DNA of 32,076 nucleotides from positions 1 to 32,076 of the forward strand of contig CAZIEQ010000002.1 in the NCBI GenBank assembly GCA_964538725.1, written 5' to 3'. The notes below the pieces were generated by a model, which was not told the DNA's origin, did no database searches, and saw nothing but the letters and a program-made list of their open reading frames with translations. Within the stretch, counting starts at the first letter, position 1, and each line of letters opens with the position of its first letter. Source of the stretch: an uncultured Acidimicrobiia bacterium (GTDB taxonomy: Bacteria; Actinomycetota; Acidimicrobiia; Spongiisociales; JAOTWH01). Below are positions 25,875-32,076 of this stretch, one piece after another. The translations under genes were made by a program, and so were the position numbers.

Positions 25875-26696
25875 GTGCGTGTGATCATCGACGGCCAGAA
25901 GCTCAGCGACCCGGAGGCGGTCTTGTCCGTCTTCGACTGGGCCGTTGTGCGGGGTTACGGATGCTTCGAAGTCGTCCGCAGCTACGGCGGCCGGGTGTTT
26001 CGCCTCGACCAGCATCTTGACCGGTTGGCACACAGTGCTGCCGTGATGGGACTGGAACCACCTGCCCGGAACGACATCGCAGAATGGATCAATCTGGCTG
26101 CGGCCGCTGGGGACGGGCAGGTGCGCTGTGTCCTCACCGGCGGGGGGCCCGATCCACTGTATCCAGCCCGGCCGCGAACGATCGTTACGTGGGAGCCTCT
26201 CCCTGCTCTACCCGAGTTATTGCGAATCGAGGTGCGGCCCGCTCCGTGGCATCCTGCTGGCAGGGCATCGGAGCTGACAGGCGCCAAGACACTCTCATAT
26301 GCGCCCAACATGGCGGCTACCCGAGCAGCGCGGGCCGCCGGCTACGACGACGCACTGTTGGTTTCGGACGACTCCGTCCTGCTCGAAGGGCCAGCGTTTT
26401 CCATCGCGTGGTTTCGCGATGGCCGGTTGGAAACCCCGTCGCTGCTCCTTCACATCCTGGCGTCGATAACACGCTCCGCGGTGCTCGAATTGGCCGCCGA
26501 CCTTGGATATGACGTGCACGAGGGATCGTTTCACATCGACGACCTCCGTTCGGCTTCGGACGTGGTTGCCCTGTCCACCCTCAAGGAGGTGCATCCGGTT
26601 GGTGAGGCGGCCGGAGTTCTCTTCAGCCCAGGAGACGACACCGCTCGGCTTCGTTCCGCGTTCCGTGGCCTGGTGGCTAGAGAGGTGGGTGGCTGA
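25875..26696 (+). CDS. Class-IV aminotransferase (branched-chain amino acid aminotransferase / aminodeoxychorismate lyase family)
   Basis: 273 aa with a GTG start. RGYGCFEVVRSYGGRVFRLDQHLDRL, AKTLSYAPNM, EGPAFSIAW and ILASITRSAVLELA match the fold-type IV blocks. Confidence 0.8.
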   Translation: MRVIIDGQKLSDPEAVLSVFDWAVVRGYGCFEVVRSYGGRVFRLDQHLDRLAHSAAVMGLEPPARNDIAEWINLAAAAGDGQVRCVLTGGGPDPLYPARPRTIVTWEPLPALPELLRIEVRPAPWHPAGRASELTGAKTLSYAPNMAATRAARAAGYDDALLVSDDSVLLEGPAFSIAWFRDGRLETPSLLLHILASITRSAVLELAADLGYDVHEGSFHIDDLRSASDVVALSTLKEVHPVGEAAGVLFSPGDDTARLRSAFRGLVAREVGG

Positions 26697-27165
26697 CGGG
26701 AGCGGGGTTTCTCCACGGCCGGTGGTGGTGGATCGGCTCTGGCAGCTCATGAGCACTCATCTGGGACTCATCGGTTCTCTCGACGAGCTGTTCGCCGCCG
26801 TCGTGGCGGATCCCACCGCATGGGATGCCGATGCGCTGGCGGCCTGGGTGGACGGGCTGGACCTGTCCGCGGTGGGACGTGGCGAGGCCCGTTGGTTGCG
26901 TCGCGGTGTACGGGCTGCGGCACGACTTGCCCGCTATTGGTCGGTGCCGGGCCGTTCCCCAGAGGGAGACGCTTGGGGATCGGCGGTCGACATGGCCCTG
27001 GGCTCCCGGGGCTGGGTGGCCTCCTACGAGCTGGCAAAGTTGGGAGCCGAGCAGACTTTGGACCGGGTTCTGTTCGACGAGATGGTTGCCAGGTTCCGTC
27101 TGGTCCGCTTCGAGCCTTTTCCCATGGATTACGAGTGTTGGGTGGCGTCGCACGCCGACGGGTAG
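26689..27165 (+). CDS. Hypothetical protein
   Basis: This is the in-frame part of track ORF 26503..27165 that does not overlap the upstream gene. The GTG at 26689 overlaps the upstream stop by 8 nt, and the ATG at 26750 is an alternative start. Composition is coding-like, with no recognisable motif. Confidence 0.4.
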   Translation: MADGSGVSPRPVVVDRLWQLMSTHLGLIGSLDELFAAVVADPTAWDADALAAWVDGLDLSAVGRGEARWLRRGVRAAARLARYWSVPGRSPEGDAWGSAVDMALGSRGWVASYELAKLGAEQTLDRVLFDEMVARFRLVRFEPFPMDYECWVASHADG

Positions 27166-27176
27166 AGTCGGCTCTT

Positions 27177-27701
27177 GTGGCCATTCGAAGAGTCATCGCC
27201 GGGCTCGTTGTGGTCACAGCCATCGCTGCATGTTCGGATGACGATGGTGCTGTAACCACAACGACGATGGCCACGACTGTACCGCCGGCACCGTCGACGA
27301 CTGTGGCACCGAGCGCGACCGGCTCCACCGGTCCCGGCACCGCAGTCTCGACGACGAGCACGACGACGACAACGACCCAGGGTGTTCCTGCGTACCAGAT
27401 AGTCCTGCGTCGCCAGAGCGCAGGCGGCGACGCGGTAGTGGTTCTCATCGAACCCGGTACTTATACAGATCTGGATCTGCAGAACATCGTTGACGATGCC
27501 CGCACCCGTTTTGCACCCATCGCGACGCTGTACCTCGTCGATGACGCCCGCGCTGCCCCCATGGTGATCGCAGACGGCGATATGTCCGCGGAGGTAAAGG
27601 ATTTCCTTGCAGATCATTACTTCCTCGTCCTGGAGGATGGGTTCCGGGTCACGTATCTGGGGCCGTTCGCCGACTTCGGGGAAGTGGTGTTGGGGAGTTA
27701 G
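27177..27701 (+). CDS. Putative lipoprotein with a Thr-rich linker
   Basis: GTG at 27177. The signal peptide plus lipobox is VAIRRVIAGLVVVTAIAAC-SDDD, followed by the Thr/Ser/Pro-rich linker (STTSTTTTTTQG) and a globular C-terminal domain. The longer track ORF from 26820 overlaps the previous gene. Confidence 0.6.
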   Translation: MAIRRVIAGLVVVTAIAACSDDDGAVTTTTMATTVPPAPSTTVAPSATGSTGPGTAVSTTSTTTTTTQGVPAYQIVLRRQSAGGDAVVVLIEPGTYTDLDLQNIVDDARTRFAPIATLYLVDDARAAPMVIADGDMSAEVKDFLADHYFLVLEDGFRVTYLGPFADFGEVVLGS

Positions 27702-27736
27702 CTGCCGTCCGTTCCCGGAAGGTCCCGGCCGGTGTC

Positions 27737-29113
27737 TCATCCCAGCAACCACACGGCGATCGTCAGGAACCCCCCGAAACCGACGAGGTCGGTGAACGTC
27801 GTCAGGAAGATGTTGGAGGCCAATGCCGGATCGGCTCCGGCTCGTTGCAGTATCAGTGGGATGGCGGCGCCGGCGAACCCGGCGAGAGCCAGGTTGGTGA
27901 TGGTCGCCACTCCCAGCACAACCCCAATGCGGGGTTCACCGGTGAACAGGCCGGCGATGGTACCGGCCGACGCGCCCAGGGCAAGCCCGGCGGCAAGTCC
28001 AACCACGGCCTGACGTCCCACCACCTGCATCTGCCGGTGGCGGGCGATGTCACCAGTGGCCAGTGCCCGGATGACGACTGCCATCGCCTGCGCGCCACCG
28101 TTGCCTCCCATCGACGCCACCACCGGCATGTAGGCGGCGAGCACCGTGAACTCGTCCAGAATCGGCTCGAAGCGGCTGATCACGGCCGCTACCAGAAACG
28201 CGGTGGCCAGGTTGACGGCCAGCCATGGGAGCCGATGGCGAACCGAGGCGCCGACGGCGGTATGCGGCGTTTCGCCCACACCAGCTCCCACCATGGCGAC
28301 GATGTCTTCACCGGCTTCCTCCTGAATGGCAGTGATGACGTCGTCGACGGTGACCACCCCCAGCAGGCGGGAGCGATGATCCACGACGGGGAGAGCAAGC
28401 AGGCCGTATCGCTGAATGAGTTCTGCCACGTCTTCCCTGTCGGTTGCCGGCCGGACCGCCACCGGTTCGACGGCGACTTCCTCCAGCCCGGTGCCGGGAC
28501 GGGCGAATACCAACTCTCGAAAGCTGAGGACACCTCGCAGGCGGTTTTCGTAGTCGACCACGTAGACATAGGAGAGTGCTTCGAGGCTCTGCTGAAGACG
28601 GCGCAGCGCCTCGATGGCCTCGCCGGCGGTCAGGCCTATGGGAAGCACGGCGAGCTCGGTCGTCATGAGGCCCCCGGCGGAGTCGGGAGGGTATTCGAGC
28701 AGGCCGCGCAGCTCCGCTGCGGTTTCCGCGCTGAGGGCGTTCAACAGTGGAGTCCTCAGCTCGGCGTCGAGCCCGCCCACGATGTCGGCGGCATCATCCA
28801 CCGGCAGATGCTCAACTATCGACGCGGCGACATCGGCTTCTAATTCCCCCACCAGCTCGGCGGCGATCTCCGGCCGCATTTCGGCCACCACCTCGGCTGC
28901 TTCCTCGGCATCGAGGTCGCCGACCAGGTCGAGGGCGGTCTCTTCTTCGATGGCTTCGAGGATGTCGGCGGCGTTGTGAGGCTCCGCACGGGCGAGTGAC
29001 TCCCATTCGACATGGTGGGATTCCAGGTACTCTTCGGCCTCGCGTGGCTTCCTGCGGGCAAGGTCACGCAAGGCAAGAGCCACTTCGCGGGGGCGCAGCA
29101 GACGCAATCTCAC
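27737..29113 (-). CDS. mgtE: Magnesium transporter MgtE
   Basis: 458 aa with a GTG start. An acidic N-terminal MgtE_N domain is followed by tandem CBS domains and a C-terminal membrane domain (GNGGAQAMAVVIRALATGD, PLILQRAGADPALASNIFLTTFTDLVGF). Confidence 0.9.
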   Translation of the reverse strand: MRLRLLRPREVALALRDLARRKPREAEEYLESHHVEWESLARAEPHNAADILEAIEEETALDLVGDLDAEEAAEVVAEMRPEIAAELVGELEADVAASIVEHLPVDDAADIVGGLDAELRTPLLNALSAETAAELRGLLEYPPDSAGGLMTTELAVLPIGLTAGEAIEALRRLQQSLEALSYVYVVDYENRLRGVLSFRELVFARPGTGLEEVAVEPVAVRPATDREDVAELIQRYGLLALPVVDHRSRLLGVVTVDDVITAIQEEAGEDIVAMVGAGVGETPHTAVGASVRHRLPWLAVNLATAFLVAAVISRFEPILDEFTVLAAYMPVVASMGGNGGAQAMAVVIRALATGDIARHRQMQVVGRQAVVGLAAGLALGASAGTIAGLFTGEPRIGVVLGVATITNLALAGFAGAAIPLILQRAGADPALASNIFLTTFTDLVGFGGFLTIAVWLLG

Positions 29114-29205
29114 GCTGCCAAGTTAGCCAGCGGATACCGGCTCTCACCGTTGGAAGCGGCCGACGGGGACGGCTCGGCGCTGTTGGCAATGCCTAGCCTG
29201 AGCCC

Positions 29206-29988
29206 ATGTCAGCGTTCCTCGACGACACCGCGGTACGGCTCACCGGCGAGCATCGCTACACCGCCTCTGTGACCACGCGGTGGAATGTGGGCTCGACGCC
29301 CAACGGGGGATACATCGTCGCCCTTGCGTTGCGTGCGATGGGGGCTGCGGTTTCCCATCCTGACCCGCTGACGGTTACGGCACACTTCCTCACTCGGACC
29401 CGGCCCGGCTCCGCAGAGTTGGACGTAGAGGTCCTGCGCACCGGCCGCGGAGTGTCATCGCTTTCCGCACGGCTGGTGTCGGCGGGTGCCGAGACAACCC
29501 GGTTTCTGGCTGCCTTCGGAAACCTGGCGTCTATGCAAGGCCCCACCCGCCGCGGCGTCGATCCGCCCGACATTCCTCGCCCCCATGAGCTGCCCGGTCG
29601 ACTCTCTGGTCCCGACGGGTTCGAAATCGGTAAACGGTTCGAGTACCGGTTCCCTACCGACTTTCGCCCCGGGATGCCGGCGGATCGGGCAGTCGTCACC
29701 GGCTGGGTCAGGTTCGCCGACGGGGGACCGATCACGCCGGAGGCCGCGGCTCTGATGACCGACGCCTTCCCTCCCCCCGTACTGGCCTGGTATCCGGCGG
29801 GATGGGTTCCCACGATCGAGCTCACCATCCATATGCGGCGTCGACCGGCCACCGAATGGCTCTTGGGAAGATTCGAAACCCGGCATCTCGTTGACGGATA
29901 CCTGGAGGAAGACGGCGAATTGTGGGACGACAGTGGCCGTCTGGTGGCGTTGTCCCGTCAGCTCGCCCGTGTGCACGAGAGGAGGTGA
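29206..29988 (+). CDS. Acyl-CoA thioesterase II-like (double hotdog) thioesterase family protein
   Basis: 260 aa. WNVGSTPNGGYIVALALRAM plus a second half with the WVPTIELTIHMRR pattern is typical of TesB-like thioesterases. Confidence 0.65.
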   Translation: MSAFLDDTAVRLTGEHRYTASVTTRWNVGSTPNGGYIVALALRAMGAAVSHPDPLTVTAHFLTRTRPGSAELDVEVLRTGRGVSSLSARLVSAGAETTRFLAAFGNLASMQGPTRRGVDPPDIPRPHELPGRLSGPDGFEIGKRFEYRFPTDFRPGMPADRAVVTGWVRFADGGPITPEAAALMTDAFPPPVLAWYPAGWVPTIELTIHMRRRPATEWLLGRFETRHLVDGYLEEDGELWDDSGRLVALSRQLARVHERR

Positions 29989-29989
29989 C

Positions 29990-31018
29990 GTGACCCATCC
30001 CGTCCGACTGACATCGTTCTCCCACGGAGCCGGCTGAGCTTGCAAGCTCGGCCCCGACGAGCTGGCGCAGGTTCTGCGCCGGTTGAGACAATCTCCCGCG
30101 GTCACCCACACCGATCTGCTGGTCGGTATCTCCGGCTCGGACGATGCCGGCGTTTACCGGCTCGGTCCCGAGGCAGCGCTGGTGCAGACGGTGGACTACT
30201 TCACCCCCGTCGTCGACGACCCGACCGACTGGGGTCGGATTGCCGCGGCCAATGCCCTCTCCGATGTGTACGCCATGGGGGGCCGTCCGCTTACTGCACT
30301 GCAGATCGTCGGCTGGCCCCGCGAGACGCTCCCGCTCAATCTTCTCGGAGACGTGATGGACGGTGGAGCGGAGGTGTTGACCCGGGCCGGATGTGTCGTC
30401 GTCGGAGGGCACTCTCTCGACGACCCTGAACCCAAATACGGTCTGGCGGTCACCGGGCTGGTCCATCCCGACCACATCGTGCGCAACGCCGGCGCTGCGG
30501 TGGGAGACGTGTTGGTGCTGACCAAGCCGTTGGGCAGCGGGGTGGTGACCACCGCCGCCAAACACCGCGAAGCTCCCGGCGACGTGCTCGCCGCCGCAGT
30601 CGCCACGATGACAGAACTCAACGACGTTGCCGGCGCTGCGCTGCGTCCCCACCGGGCGCATGCCGCCACCGACATCACCGGCTACGGCCTGCTGGGTCAT
30701 CTCGGTGAGATGCTGACCGCGTCGGGCGTCGGGGCCGAAATCGATGCCGGCAAGCTGCCGGTGCTTCCCGGTGTGACCGACCTGATCGGAGCGGGGATGA
30801 TCGCAGGGGGTACCCGCCGCAACCGCGCTTTCGCCGAGGCGTTCACCACCGCCCCTGCCGGTGACAACGCCATGTGGATCGCATGCGACGCCCAGACGAG
30901 CGGAGGCCTGCTCGTCAGCCTGCCTCCGCAGTCTGTCGATGCCTACATCGAAGCTGTTCCCGGCACAGTTACGGTCGGGTTGGTGGTTGGCGGACCGCCG
31001 CTCGTGACGTTGACGTGA
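29990..31018 (+). CDS. selD: Selenide, water dikinase (selenophosphate synthetase) SelD, Sec-containing form with an in-frame TGA
   Basis: The track ORF begins at 30083. Extending the same frame upstream to the GTG at 29990 (GGAGG 5 nt upstream) gives VTHPVRLTSFSHGAG-U-ACKLGPDELAQVL.... This reproduces the SelD N-terminal active-site loop (SHGAG[C/U]GCK in E. coli), with TGA at codon 16. Downstream blocks are DDAGVY, VDYFTPVVDDPTDWGRIAAANALSDVYAMGG and GGHS. The total is 342 codons, a typical SelD length. Confidence 0.85.
30035..30037 (+). other. UGA selenocysteine codon (recoding site) in selD
   Basis: The TGA aligns with the catalytic Cys/Sec position of the SelD glycine-rich loop, and the reading frame is continuous and conserved on both sides. 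Confidence 0.8.
30062..30082 (+). promoter_or_regulatory. Candidate bacterial SECIS apical hairpin
   Basis: CUGGCGCAG-GUU-CUGCGCCGG forms a 9-bp stem (including one G-U pair) with a GUU loop, starting 25 nt after the UGA. Competing smaller hairpins are GAGCUUGCAAGCUC (30036-30049) and AGCUCG/CGAGCU (30045-30063). Confidence 0.35.
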
Positions 31019-32076
31019 GTCACCGCAGGCTGGTCCTGGTGCTCTCCGTCGGAGGGTTCCTCATAATGACCGGCCTGACGCTGGTGGCGCCCATCCTGCC
31101 TCTGTACGGGCGGCAGTTCGGGGTGAGCCGTGCCGCAGCCGGGGCGCTCATTTCCGCGTTCGCATTCGCCAGGCTGCTGTTCGAACCTGTGGGCGGTTTG
31201 CTGGCAGACCGATTCCACGCCCGCCGGCTGATGCTGGTCGGTTCGGTGGTGGTGGTGGTGTCCAGTGTGGGTGCTGCGCTGGCGCCCAACTACGGCGTGC
31301 TGCTCATCACCCGTGTGCTGGAAGGTTTCGGATCTGCGGCGTTTGCTACGGCCGCAATGCAGGCGATCATTCTGGTGACGCCGGCGGCGCGTCTGGGCAG
31401 GACGCTGGCCCGCTACCAGACCGGACTGCTGGCCGGGGTATCCATCGGCCCGATACTGGGCGGCTATGCCGCCGAGCTTGGTGACTTCACCACACCGTTC
31501 TGGCTGTATGCGGCGGTCGCGGGGCTCGTGTTCGCTGTGGTGTGGCTGGGGGTCGGCGACATCCCAGCAGCAGGCGGCACGATTCGCCAGGTGACCCAGG
31601 CGGTCGGGCGGCTTGTGCGCACCTTGCCCTTCGTACTGCTCCTGTTCGTCAACTTCGCCTTGTTCGTTGCCCGCGCCGGGGCTCGCATCACGGTTTTGCC
31701 TCTTTTTGGAGGCGAGGCTCTCGGGCTGACGGAATCCCAGATCGGGCTGGTGTTGGCCGCCGCCTCCTTCGTCAACATCCTGCTGGTCAACCCCGGTGGC
31801 TGGCTGCTCGACAGGGTGGGGAGGCGTCCGATCCTCGTTTTCGGTCTTCTCGGCGGCGCGGCGGCGCTCGCTCTCCACGGATCCGCCAGCTCGTTTCACG
31901 GTCTCGTCCTCGTGTCCCTCATGTTCGGCTTCTTCCACGCCTTCATGGGAACGGCTCCCGCCGCTATGGCGGGGGACCCTTCGCCCGCAGGGGGGGGGGG
32001 GGGCCCCGCCGGGGCGGTTTTGATAGGGGGGGGGCGTGCGGCGGCGCGTGCGCGCGCGGTTGTGTGTAGCCACCGC
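31015..32076 (+). CDS. MFS transporter; the 3' end runs off the window
   Basis: This ORF is absent from the track because it has no stop. The GTG at 31015 forms a GTGA overlap with the selD stop. Hand translation gives VSHRRLVLVLSVGGFLIMTGLTLVAPILPLYGRQFGVS...GGLLADRFHARRLMLVG...LLDRVGRRPILVFG, with MFS motif A in both halves. The last roughly 90 nt are unreliable. Confidence 0.75.
   Translation, partial: MSHRRLVLVLSVGGFLIMTGLTLVAPILPLYGRQFGVSRAAAGALISAFAFARLLFEPVGGLLADRFHARRLMLVGSVVVVVSSVGAALAPNYGVLLITRVLEGFGSAAFATAAMQAIILVTPAARLGRTLARYQTGLLAGVSIGPILGGYAAELGDFTTPFWLYAAVAGLVFAVVWLGVGDIPAAGGTIRQVTQAVGRLVRTLPFVLLLFVNFALFVARAGARITVLPLFGGEALGLTESQIGLVLAAASFVNILLVNPGGWLLDRVGRRPILVFGLLGGAAALALHGSASSFHGLVLVSLMFGFFHAFMGTAPAAMAGDPSPAGGGGGPAGAVLIGGGRAAARARAVVCSHR

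Noticed and set aside
881-28843. Many other long ORFs on the opposite strand or frame of called genes (for example 881..1819 -, 3261..4271 -, 10341..11642 -, 12668..13552 +, 14262..15479 -, 20212..21225 +, 27845..28843 +, 102..635 +)
   Set aside because: Each overlaps a gene with strong family motifs. Their products are low-complexity and rich in Arg/Pro/Gly/Ser, which is expected from the scarcity of stop codons in high-GC sequence. None has an RBS or a recognisable motif.
29114-29205. Looked for an M-box (Mg2+) riboswitch upstream of mgtE
   Set aside because: Only about 92 nt separate mgtE from the divergent thioesterase gene, which is too short for the roughly 160-nt M-box aptamer. I could not recognise its conserved segments on the minus strand.
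30943-32073. 376-aa minus-strand ORF, the longest ORF the track lists in this region
   Set aside because: It is antisense to a plus-strand frame with clear MFS transporter motifs. Its translation is Arg/Pro/Gly/His-rich with no domain-like pattern. This is a typical shadow ORF in GC-rich DNA.

Overview
The window is visibly GC-rich (roughly two-thirds G+C by eye, not computed) and looks like actinobacterial-type chromosomal DNA, densely packed with about 33 protein-coding genes. Many are joined by ATGA, GTGA or TGATG start/stop overlaps. I found no rRNA, tRNA, CRISPR array, transposase or integrase. Gene content from left to right: a partial class-V aminotransferase divergent from glycolate oxidase glcDEF; an ECF sigma factor, a membrane-anchored beta-propeller/lamin-tail protein and an SPPY-type DNA methyltransferase; a PlsC-like acyltransferase, a membrane protein and a DUF547 protein; NhaA and a CaCA antiporter; a DivIVA-domain protein divergent from clpS-DUF2017; alanine dehydrogenase; MocA-like, CoxG-like and DUF4332 proteins; an XRE regulator with an HbhA-like protein, divergent from a type I-beta DAHP synthase; an M20 amidohydrolase; GlnE; NadE; a class-IV aminotransferase; a lipoprotein; MgtE; and a thioesterase-selD-MFS operon. 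Three leads stand out. (1) glnE carries a perfect 624-bp in-frame direct repeat, so the nucleotidyltransferase cores of its two halves are identical, and the repeat has its own codon usage. (2) selD is a selenoprotein gene: an in-frame TGA (Sec) at 30035 made the ORF track truncate its N-terminus. (3) The ECF sigma, propeller-LTD membrane protein and orphan m4C-type methyltransferase form a tight same-strand module. Both window ends look like low-quality contig ends, with poly-G runs at the 3' end. All functional calls rest on motif recognition by eye, with no database searches.
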